Under the pieces are notes generated by a model. It had not been told where the DNA came from and searched no databases. It saw only the letters and a list, made by a program, of their open reading frames with translations. The translations under genes were made by a program, and so were the position numbers. DNA of 42,146 nt from Stramenopiles sp. TOSAG23-6 (taxonomy: Eukaryota), in the NCBI GenBank assembly GCA_900128565.1, contig LT635935.1, positions 1 through 42,146 of the forward strand, in the 5' to 3' direction. How positions within the stretch are numbered: the stretch's first letter is position 1; each line of letters starts with the position of its first letter. This document shows, piece by piece, positions 12,701 through 19,159 of this stretch.

Positions 12701-15700
12701 CGCCAGCATGAAGTGCAAGACGAGCTCCTAACATACCCATATCACGAGAAGAAATTCCCCGTCGAGCAATCATTTCATGTCTTCGACGACCTGTCCACCC
12801 ACGTGCATTGGTTTTACGGCGCGTATGAGCTCTGCTACTCCACCCACGAACATTTGCTTGAATACGCAAAGCGGCGTCATTCTGTATCTTTTTTTTTTTT
12901 CCTGTATATTTTTGACGACGGCCAGTCCAACCACGCACACTTGCTTGTATAGTTACAGCAGCATGATTGATATCTTGCTTGCGACTGTGCTCTTGTCCAA
13001 TATCAAGCTGCCCCCGTCGCATCACTTTCAGTCTAGTATCAGCGACAACCTTACGTTTTTTATGTAGTTGCTCTCTCACGTCATGAGTTTTAAGATGTTT
13101 AGCCTTTCTAAAGATAAGTGTTGGATCAGTATCAAGCATATCAATACTAATATTGCGACTTCTCATATCGCGTTCCACAGCACGACGCGGTACACCAAGA
13201 CGGAGCATCTCTCTATAGTGTTGTAACAACATAATACGATTTGCATCAACCTCAGCAGAATGCTGCTTTTTTTTCCGTTGCCTTTTTTGGGCAATTATGT
13301 TCCCCTTTTTATCATCAGTATTATGCTGGTTCGTTGCCAGTCTTTTTGCAAAACGACTTTTTAATTTCTTCGATCTTTGATCACTATTTAGTAAGTTCAT
13401 TTCTTTCTGATCTAAAACATCAATATTATGTGATGTGTTTTGGTGAGACAGTCGGCTTTTGGATAAGAACAATGGCAAAGGTTCACTCCTCGACAATTCT
13501 TCGGCGATTTCCCATGCTGCTTTACTCCTTTTAATATTTGAGGATTTCTGTTCAAAATGATCTATGTTATCGTTTTCTATTGCGGGCCTCTTAGACAGCC
13601 ATTGCGGCATCTTTACACCTACACGTGTATTACCTTTTCTATATCTTTGAATATTATGGACTGATCGTAGACCTTGCTGAAAAGATGGTTTTGAGAGCTG
13701 TGCATTCCGACGTTCGATCTTTCTCTGCTGCACATTAACATTTTTATTATATTGTTTGTTTACTTCAAATCGACCAATGTCTTGAGTTAAATGTAACTTT
13801 GGTGGATCTTCGATATCTATAAAAAACTCTTCGGGGTCGAAAGATACGTCCTGGTCAAAAGATACATCAGTAGTTCCTATTGTATTATCGTCATTTTGAT
13901 TGATTGAGTGTACTGTATATCCTGTTTTAGCTCGAAGCATGTCCGCACGAGTGATTCTTCGGTAACCGGTACCTTCATTTGTTAAACTATTACTAATACT
14001 ATTGCTAGTATCATTGCTCTCCCCATCGCTCACAATATCAAACACATTGTTTTGTTGACGATGTTTATTTGTGCGTCGTCTTTCTAACTTGTTCCTTTGA
14101 TTCCTAATAAAATTTCCGTATGCAATGGATTGTTTCAACTTTGCTTTTCTATTTATATCTTTGACACTAAGTCTTTTAATACCCTTTTTATCATTTTTAT
14201 GTCTTATAATTTTTCTATCAATTTTTGTTTTTTTTGGTTGTAGTTCTATATATAAGTCCTTTTTGTCATCGATAGCTGACATTAATTTCTCATAACGTTG
14301 AATATTATGTAACTGCTGCTGTTGGATATGAGTTCTTTTTCGCATCTCAACATTATCCGATTTGTGTCTTTCTTGTAATTTAATCTTGACTCGTTGTATT
14401 TTGAGAGATCGAATTATAGAATGTTTTCCCCCTATTGTTTCTAATGTCGAGATACCTTTTTCCAGACATGAAACTGCGGCACCGGGTAATTTGAGACTAA
14501 TATGCTGACGCGCTAATGCCAAGTATGCTCCTCCTAATTCTTTGCACTGTTCTTCTACATTTAGTTCAATTTTATCAGGAGCAAAAAATTTCCGCCTTGA
14601 ATTCTTTCTGGAACTTCTTCTTGATTGATTCCTTTGCAAAGCTTTTCGAATACCAACTTCAAGCAAACGGATAGCTTGCTGACCGTGTGCAGCTGCCAAC
14701 GTGTGCTCTCGGAGCAGTGCAAATACAAAACAAAGTTGCAAATGTGTACTTGCAGTTGCTTTTTCTATTTTTGAAACATTTGAATTCTTTTTAGCACTAA
14801 CAAAATTAGTTATTTGCTTTTTTTGAACTATATTATCTGCAACTCCTAAAGACTTTTTCAGACAAACAAGGGCATTCTGTAATTCAGTTTCATCTGCTGT
14901 TTGAACATATCTATTTCTACTTACAGCAGCTACTAAATTAAGAGTGATCAACAACTGTAATGCAAAGTTTTTATTTAGTATTTCTGCTTTCATCAGGAAA
15001 ATATCAGCATCATCAAGATTGCCCTGTTCTAACTTGTTTTTACCTAATCTATTACACAATGCACCTGCGTGACGTATTACATTCGTTGCTTCGTCACTGT
15101 GTAATCCAAATCTATCACGTTTCAACACAAGCTCTTTTTCTAAACAGTCTAAGCATCCTTCTAATTGTCCCCTTTTTTCTTGTTTGTTCATATCTGACTT
15201 TATTTGTCGAAGTTGAAACGAGTATGTATCCTCACGCCGCATAGATAGTCCACTCAATGATCTGCTTTGAGCATAGTCGCGACTTATACCACCACCAGGA
15301 GTTAATAAGGTTCCTCTTTGAGATATTGGCGAGACTAATTGTTGGTGTGTAGGAGGTCGCGAGAGTGAACTATGTGCCCGTGTGACTGGCCGGGAAAGAC
15401 GCAAACCTCGTCTTGAAGATGTATTAATACGAGAAACAGGGGTTCGACGAAGACTGGATGCTCCAAAAAGTCGACTCTGAGGTTGGTTAGGATTGAGCAT
15501 TGAATTTGCAGATACTAATCGAGAGAATGGTCGAGATCCATGCTGAAGCATTGCATCAGCAGCGGCTTCTTGTATAGTAATATCATTTGCTGGTACATGA
15601 GGTATATCAGCAGGAAGCTCGTCTTGTTTACACCATTTTTTCCAAGCATTAATTGCATTTCTACTTAAACTAGCATGAATAAAAGGTGGATAAGAATTTG

Positions 15701-15752
15701 TATATTGCAAGCTTGGATCACGAATGTCCGCATCCAATAATGTAAACTCCAT
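3771..15752 (-). CDS. Giant 3993-aa intronless multidomain protein: TPR-like helices, a CCDC53/WASHC3-like short motif, ~19 IQ-like motifs, ~8 PDZ-like domains and 4-5 C2-like domains
   Basis: An 11,982-nt ATG-to-TAG ORF. IQ motifs include AAVTIQASVRGWTGRR and AVERIQRYFRGARVR. PDZ-like units include IRVPGGPLGMGL...KIRPGMILKKINDVNTKDIDFNEGLKLLK. C2-like units include LRISISRIEGI...AVWNE...PEITIRLME...LLGECSV...GSMLLQWQR. Domain calls were made by eye. Confidence 0.85.
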   Translation of the reverse strand: MEFTLLDADIRDPSLQYTNSYPPFIHASLSRNAINAWKKWCKQDELPADIPHVPANDITIQEAAADAMLQHGSRPFSRLVSANSMLNPNQPQSRLFGASSLRRTPVSRINTSSRRGLRLSRPVTRAHSSLSRPPTHQQLVSPISQRGTLLTPGGGISRDYAQSRSLSGLSMRREDTYSFQLRQIKSDMNKQEKRGQLEGCLDCLEKELVLKRDRFGLHSDEATNVIRHAGALCNRLGKNKLEQGNLDDADIFLMKAEILNKNFALQLLITLNLVAAVSRNRYVQTADETELQNALVCLKKSLGVADNIVQKKQITNFVSAKKNSNVSKIEKATASTHLQLCFVFALLREHTLAAAHGQQAIRLLEVGIRKALQRNQSRRSSRKNSRRKFFAPDKIELNVEEQCKELGGAYLALARQHISLKLPGAAVSCLEKGISTLETIGGKHSIIRSLKIQRVKIKLQERHKSDNVEMRKRTHIQQQQLHNIQRYEKLMSAIDDKKDLYIELQPKKTKIDRKIIRHKNDKKGIKRLSVKDINRKAKLKQSIAYGNFIRNQRNKLERRRTNKHRQQNNVFDIVSDGESNDTSNSISNSLTNEGTGYRRITRADMLRAKTGYTVHSINQNDDNTIGTTDVSFDQDVSFDPEEFFIDIEDPPKLHLTQDIGRFEVNKQYNKNVNVQQRKIERRNAQLSKPSFQQGLRSVHNIQRYRKGNTRVGVKMPQWLSKRPAIENDNIDHFEQKSSNIKRSKAAWEIAEELSRSEPLPLFLSKSRLSHQNTSHNIDVLDQKEMNLLNSDQRSKKLKSRFAKRLATNQHNTDDKKGNIIAQKRQRKKKQHSAEVDANRIMLLQHYREMLRLGVPRRAVERDMRSRNISIDMLDTDPTLIFRKAKHLKTHDVREQLHKKRKVVADTRLKVMRRGQLDIGQEHSRKQDINHAAVTIQASVRGWTGRRQKYTGKKKKIQNDAALRIQANVRGWSSRAHTRRKTNARGWTGRRRHEMIARRGISSRDMGMLGARLALHAGDTGRSLSRWTRGRKTDEMLLNFTEEELREIDSAIAIQTIHRGRLGRIKAHKKYVIKNTTPSQIDGLRCVQRAYRNYIARRKARNIDFRLNCTSEMRYAAIEIQKHVRVYAAQKKARKMRIEKGQNKKWEDKYSSLNLEKRNRYRKDKILELNPPFPNQVGHDIVNLENGAKEINGDIEVMDIVKNEMSESSTRKISELQQQSINAAFRHKMNINMSLIRALGLRMPNVKENNEVRGVYAVVKVIPVYLQHNSHVLEVDRAKLVHRTETRFWKPGVLEEKMAIIIQAYYRSFRIRFALRKPKEPIDKAKFATNIQAVWRGRCTRNIENLGIRGINIYCGSGAIGAIIRPGTFLFKEDRGAMLLGFYRSKSGNILPIEADGRIRKGMYLVSINGKSTVEKTFNHISKMIRVAEVKQENIFTFQIVPREIYDARVLKLMTSAKKKIQRWSRTMLSDMRIRVVQEMSALSIQRSFKSMCNKRKIKANAEQKRLEHSSAKSIQNGFRQMCIRKEAKRVFEMFRLTIVSVTELPLRRHNVDKRQISVAAALGEHGQSFALKKRLSNTRRIAESKESFKGSFETIGVQKAASVYWCATCELVKENVKVPEISLQIIETSPNGIRRPIGECALRLLKEHSGGTETYAVCRHGTKEVVKGRITVSWQRFTMTKKTLSVINTTRFFTAVVPGGRLGCNFQSSLGGIGVAVKALALVDGTPGPLASVGVKVGMHLIDMKHPNYKSDNEKTLGNMNFLDAIEILRLHTLEKKELIFSNNASTAALEWSSRQAFLSSIDPKGYAIFKIQRCARVFLAKLREQDTLLIPQPNIASIYAHINILKNRMKQNEANLSNSEKYLRGSGGEARILERAHRVLRKWQLLLRLLVKEEDSFGDKTKLITIRRRIYNLKHTTAIDSAWTCRQLQIKKYMKKYEKSRISLLQVKAQIDSAIERETPEILKKHLGEDLRISISRIEGINDFRQRCQNSGRKVPQNLEIPSLYLQLLVGEQGYRWQSKLDCIPNTSDKKLSSRYITTKSVIERGKFAVWNEHKMITLTGIKSPEITIRLMERVIDEQDILLGECSVIIPSSRTSNGIQRYTFKAPINSKNFSGGSMLLQWQRAMSVQLSGEKLYKFPKLKDITIEVNPGSMSAKFLPGPGGIGLRVASFFLDARGKHGQLERSNIKLGMYLSKLDDNANVATMYATDILVLLKSKTNTKKHMVWSSRPSEKALKIATINAMSRNIKQRAVMRIQKYIREWKLRKLVDVESKIKDEKYMSVGTKHGDILNINVIGCFGLPAANDFCTLGKYTRIALCVGEKGLRWENKVKNTGDCVLECVCQTPFRKSKETLAYNYTSAFCIGSIDMPELSVRIIQSNNGANNTKETSDYVLAEAFSDIPNELDSREQCLLKSLSGSVELLWSYGVGAPFYNNSGEFNMRQYISTSLDFRSFAKSQIAVSVKSVESMGIRLGAEDNRIAQFRGVNGKPGICEIAGMCRGMQLVRINGKPFEGKLRDEHWSSLQNDIVPNNLYHLVTFSLNNFERPIYFFNKTHENSARVIQRLFLTQKHSKCKGTDPKYLENVLHLSLSGAVGVKFCNEIQNDSRNRFSLCALTGERGRSWEVKQKLNQGRSKGLLHRSCKTKLRKLSNWIRWEEYHKLNLQGYIDPEVTVRLCMQSPNNKVSSVIGEAKLSVAHRSSRGSKRYCLNAGQGGGVFMKWHRDITGVLHPIDPVNLPELIVKNVHVKSDSSLRVSFQPYFGKFGLRVSSFETGDDGDIGILEEAGVHIGMIVTKIDDKPLIGSLRFEEAKSLLKKLFTSDCVVTFSTHPPSNIISLLNISVKHNFNDIENSAAVMIQRLSKKIHLQKLKKNKCVKNETQKRIITRSKLESHTEERVPRVDQDMLRSKRIASNNIKKESPKNLIKSYPSKSKKNILEKGKVKHTTQAKRGIKNDKRKQSSISPRKKKKGNVKPLALPKKQKQNSDIVSKQKPQVENIPSKISLMPKTSEIPEKTVRGNKSTIVKLENVEKKTHNEHQQSRFQKTEVKNKPSSLSEANINEINSISISPQPIKLEVKQKRKKIKDDVTIRVPGGPLGMGLCPGANNCSLFISRFLSPLSDGNPGVVELHPKIRPGMILKKINDVNTKDIDFNEGLKLLKTLASESKVLVFSRATNKQMLMISLEAMQSNQTRAAIRIQNIFRSRRTKNTRSYSPSATEINMERNLNLVKVDVKRLRGQVQKDEREVSEARAMMEHWNKKANDEEMKEFESKSDDDFLEVENFERGNKQNVCVEHDIIKSADEVRGFQGNKEQNVKTVVIEGLKKKLETKEDVVSSKHTISIDVPPGPLYAQFGGHQTLQGIFVKSFRPDIHGGSPLSKGGIVQGMRLVFVGDTDVSSLSKKMAMSILKKSAQAPKTLIFEKILRTKLKASLVKINNSIDRHSNSSESTEIQDFSQMNLVNRLKGGGDKIYHEDNTEDSYSSTMMKKGLGGIQGRRKFRAATKIQCLFRVVLARKNFAAMKLLVKQTKAASKLQHYFRYRRKCLAVTRLQCMYRKILCSQQFNRKISISRAAQAAYEAATFIHEYMVRSEEVFKLLVSRINSTKLQFQRHVAQQASMQAKSAANAALRDVINISQIIQVTAVERIQRYFRGARVRFQMKHQWKSGDKTIELKIPGLIRNWRNSFHPGLNDTGAFVSHFSLEGTPLLYSLGVNIGMFVRSIDGENVTELAFSKLKTILKSKERNGQIKTMVFSTNKIFRSRRVEEIRGIPRVSTAVRNSKRTGSAWIKDMFTFDDLESVNEQEIHELKQSQMPSYNLHSNTTQYIDTTNRRPRTVNDRTGKLYPSWKDSSGICNVELATDTKSGNGRFSKEAILIEIYADDDGSSIGSAVKNRGSSAEISHTLVGFAVYRPCDRMMSSPGPLKSGEKRNVTLWLAGPDAHKNGIYNSTTAQNFGQVNFEIYLEPKNRDIQDLKKTYKIENRKHKSMMSFEGKLLPFS

Positions 15753-15882
15753 ATTTCAATTATTCAAGTTCATTCGCATCCGAGAAATATATTAATTTGT
15801 CATGGTGAATCTAAATCTTTTGCATTTCAATGAGAGGTCGTACTAGAGTACCCGATAGACGAAGAAGCGGAGATATTGTGTA

Positions 15883-15916
15883 ACTGACAAGGGGATGTGA
15901 AATCCCCGATGTCAGT
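15883..15916. promoter_or_regulatory. Dyad-symmetry/hairpin element in the 228-bp spacer upstream of the giant gene
   Basis: ACTGACA-a-GGGGAT-gtgaa-ATCCCC-ga-TGTCAGT forms 7-bp and 6-bp stems. Its function is unknown. Confidence 0.4.
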
Positions 15917-15980
15917 CAATTTAGTACCTGGTACCCATTTGTAAAAAATATTTTTCTTTCTTTATTGATTTAATAATGTT

Positions 15981-17909
15981 TCACCTCAACTTTGAGCTTT
16001 TCTTCTTCAATCGCCCTTTACCTCTTTTCTTCTTCTTTTTTGGATTCATTATTTCTTTTGCTTTCTTACTTATGTCGGATTCAAGTTGTTCTTTATCAAT
16101 AGTATTCAAATCTGTCCAACCGTTTTTTTCGCCCCATGTACGCAAGATTTGTTTTATTTCTTCACTTTTTGTTACCTCAAATGTATTTTTTCCATATGAA
16201 TTTCTTAATTTAGGATTGCCGCCATGATCAAGCAAAAGTTCAACAATTTTTTTCTTTGAATGAAATGCTGCAATCATTATTGGTGACCAACCCTTTGTGT
16301 CTCTTGAATTTACATCAACTCTCCACACCCTTCTCTTCATTTCATTTTCATCAATGTCAAAAAATGAGTCCGATTCTTTTAATTCTGTTTTCCAGTGAGT
16401 TACAAATTTTTTGACAAGTTCAATTCTACCATGCTGCGATGCAATACTTAATAATGTATTTCCTCTATAATCACGAGCCATTGCGGATCCCATAGGTACT
16501 CTCTCATTATTTTCTTCAGCTTCAGTTGCTAGGTTTTCTAGATATTCCGTCACTTTAAGTACATCACCTATTTCTGCAAGCTCAACGAGCTCTTGCTGAA
16601 TTTTATTTCGTGCTATGGCATTTAGTTTATGTTTATCTTTAATTCTCTCTTCTAATTTACGCTGAATTTCAGACTCTCGTTGACGCCTCAACTCAATGGT
16701 AACCTTTCGATCCCAAGCTGATAATTTGCTTTGAAGTTCTTTTGTCTTTGCAATATCTTGGGGCTTTTCGGGTACTGTTCCATTCGTTTTTAAATCGGGA
16801 TCAGCTCCAGAGCATAATAACAATTCACAAATATCAGAATGACCATGAAATGCCGCACGAAATAGAGGTGTTCGATTCTGTTTTTTACAAAATGTATTTG
16901 TGTTTGCTCCTTGTTCAATCAGCCATTCAACAATATCTATCTTACCAGCACAGGATGCTTCACTGATGGCAGTATGACCTAGTTTGTTTTCTGAATCTAT
17001 GTGATACCCCTTAGCTACAAAATTTTGCACTTCGGCAAGATCGCCATTAAAAGCAGCATCCACAAGCTCCTTTGAATTGCGTTTCATTTCTTTTAAACCA
17101 AATGCACCAGCTAATTCACTTCGAGCTGCCTCAGACTCTCGGCCTCGCCTTCGAGGAACATCATTTCTAACCCTTATTATAGCCATACGAGCTGCTGTTC
17201 TCTTTGGTGCTTCTTCAGCAGAACAAAGGCAAACAAACTTAAAATCATTTTGTGGTACGAATTTTTCAAATGTAGGATCACCAGAATCAGGTCGTAAAAG
17301 GGACTGTATAACTTCATCCCTGTATAGTATTTCTCTATCAAAAATTGCAGATGGAAAAAATCCTTGGGAGAAAAACTGTGAGAGTTCCAGCCGCTTGACA
17401 GTGCCAAAGTTTATACAGAGAGTTTTACCATAACGCAAACAGGCTACAAGAGCCTTTCGAAGATTCTCTGGTTCCATATCACGAGGGTTAGTTGAATCAA
17501 GTAGACAGCCTCCTTGATATCGAAAGAACGTAGCTACTTGTCCTGTACCATCTATTATAAAGGGCCAACGTTGACCAACAAAAACTGTGGCGTCAATTGC
17601 ACTTTCAAGTGCTTTAAGCACCACTTCAACTTCTTCTATTTGTTTCTCCCTTTGATTCATATTGTATGCTGTGCAAAGAGTTTTATATGCTGCTACACGC
17701 GAAGGGTCCGTAATTGGTACTGCAAATACAGATTCTATGTTATCTTCAGCAGCTTTACCTCCATTCTCTGTGTACGCGTTCAGATAGATCTTTCGATAAT
17801 TTTCGAGTTCACGCTTTGTTTTTGGAGGCATTGTTTCTATAACATCTTCACTTAAACGAGACGCTACTGTCCGTTCTGACGTACTGAGAAAGGACGCAGA
17901 GGCACCCAT
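15981..17909 (-). CDS. Ankyrin-repeat protein, IQANK1-like (642 aa), with a predicted N-myristoylation motif and a polybasic C-terminal tail
   Basis: Ankyrin repeats GHTAISEAS, RTPLFRAAFHGH, GNTLLSIASQHG and GWSPIMIAAFH are present. ELVDAAFNGDL and RWPFIIDGTGQVATFFRYQ...LRKALVACLRYGK resemble IQANK1 motifs. The protein starts MGASAS and ends KKKKKRGKGRLKKKSSKLR. Confidence 0.85.
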   Translation of the reverse strand: MGASASFLSTSERTVASRLSEDVIETMPPKTKRELENYRKIYLNAYTENGGKAAEDNIESVFAVPITDPSRVAAYKTLCTAYNMNQREKQIEEVEVVLKALESAIDATVFVGQRWPFIIDGTGQVATFFRYQGGCLLDSTNPRDMEPENLRKALVACLRYGKTLCINFGTVKRLELSQFFSQGFFPSAIFDREILYRDEVIQSLLRPDSGDPTFEKFVPQNDFKFVCLCSAEEAPKRTAARMAIIRVRNDVPRRRGRESEAARSELAGAFGLKEMKRNSKELVDAAFNGDLAEVQNFVAKGYHIDSENKLGHTAISEASCAGKIDIVEWLIEQGANTNTFCKKQNRTPLFRAAFHGHSDICELLLCSGADPDLKTNGTVPEKPQDIAKTKELQSKLSAWDRKVTIELRRQRESEIQRKLEERIKDKHKLNAIARNKIQQELVELAEIGDVLKVTEYLENLATEAEENNERVPMGSAMARDYRGNTLLSIASQHGRIELVKKFVTHWKTELKESDSFFDIDENEMKRRVWRVDVNSRDTKGWSPIMIAAFHSKKKIVELLLDHGGNPKLRNSYGKNTFEVTKSEEIKQILRTWGEKNGWTDLNTIDKEQLESDISKKAKEIMNPKKKKKRGKGRLKKKSSKLR

Positions 17910-17920
17910 TTTAGAAGAAA

Positions 17921-17970
17921 TGCTTCAAAAGAGAAAAAGAAAGATTGCTTCAAAAGAGAAAAAAAAAGAT
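17921..17970. repeat. 25-bp tandem duplication just upstream of the ankyrin gene start codon
   Basis: tgcttcaaaagagaaaaagaaagat followed by tgcttcaaaagagaaaaaaaaagat (one mismatch). Confidence 0.85.
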
Positions 17971-18358
17971 TGATTTAGATTAGGTAGTACACTAGATTTT
18001 TGGTGATTTTTGACTGGCAGTTACATCAACCGACAATATTTTTTTTAAATTCTTCTTTAACAATTCTTTGTTTTAAGTGGCATCAACTTGCAAAATCTAA
18101 AAATACACGAAAATGTGTGCATAGGCTATATCAAGTTATAGAACAAGCAGAATGAAAGAAAAACGAAAAAGTGTTTATAGAAATACATCTTTTCTAAAAT
18201 GACAAATTTCATACAATATTTGAAAACCCTCTAAGTGTGTTAATATGTTGGAAAGAGAAAATATCGAACTGCAACATATCTATTATTGTGCTTGTTTCAT
18301 GTAAGCACATGCACCAATATCTGCTGGGAAATTCCTTGTATTGTTAGAAAAACAAAAA

Positions 18359-18866
18359 TTATGCACCTTCACCTTCTTGAGCAGGTCCACCACCATCAAG
18401 AATTCTCTCAATTTTTGCAAATTCCCATTCTTTCGAACAAATTGGACAAGTATTACGAGTCTTCAGCCAACGCTGAATACAGTCTAAATGAAATACATGA
18501 CCACAACAACCCCAAGCGATAGAAAGACCAGACTCATTTGCTCTCGTTGGATTAGCTTGATACTCAATACTAGGTTCAGTCAACTTATTACGACATATTG
18601 CACAAGTATCCGTACATATATCCCAGGACCACATAGCTACACCATTCCAACTCTTCACTTTGAAGCGTTCCTCACTGGAATCACCCTTTTTACTATCACT
18701 CACTATGGAAACTATAGAATCAAAATAAATAGAGGTATGAGTATATATGATTGTATGAATGGGTAACTATAGTGTAACACGGTTTCTAAAAATTGGGTAT
18801 TTGAACATGAGAGAGAGAATACTTACCTTTCGCCAGCGTCTCTGCGCTTTTTGCCTCAGATGACAT
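18359..18866 (-). CDS. RBX1: RING-box protein (RBX1/ROC1-like RING-H2, cullin E3 ligase subunit), complement join(18359..18702,18827..18866)
   Basis: RFKVKSWNGVAMWSWDICTDTCAICRN...AWGCCGHVFHLDCIQRWLKTRNTCPIC..EW is an RBX family signature. The upstream exon MSSEAKSAETLAK with a G|GTAAGT donor splices in frame. Confidence 0.88.
18703..18826 (-). other. Spliceosomal GT-AG intron (124 nt; an alternative acceptor 9 nt upstream gives 115 nt)
   Basis: The minus strand reads AAAG|GTAAGT...TTCTATAG TTTCCATAG|TGAGT, and both AGs keep the frame. Confidence 0.8.
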
Positions 18867-19159
18867 CTGTTATATATATATGATCGTCGTATATGTAGTA
18901 TGTGTCTTATTAAAGCTCACTATATTGATATACTTGAAAGCAATGCAACAATATTCTGCGCTAAGAAATACCGTAAGCGTGGTCGATAGATCACTTTCTC
19001 CATGACTTCGAGTCGAGATGATGATGAGTCGCGCATCACAAAACTGCTCGAGAGCGAGAATTGCATTTTTGTACTGACACCACTGACCGATCTCGAGAAC
19101 TGGGTCAAGTAGTCAACAACAAGGTTATAACCTTGCAGCGCTTTGGAAATACAATTAAA
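18867..19159. promoter_or_regulatory. Probable bidirectional promoter between the head-to-head RBX1-like and NIPSNAP genes
   Basis: Only 293 bp separate the two divergent ATGs. This is inferred from gene geometry alone. Confidence 0.5.

Noticed and set aside
3947..17855. Numerous 60-150-aa ORFs overlapping the giant and ankyrin genes
   Set aside because: They are antisense or off-frame shadows of long real CDSs and carry no recognisable motifs.
19061..19159. N-terminal extension of NIPSNAP from the TTG at 19061
   Set aside because: In this eukaryotic context the ATG at 19160 gives a plausible mitochondrial presequence.
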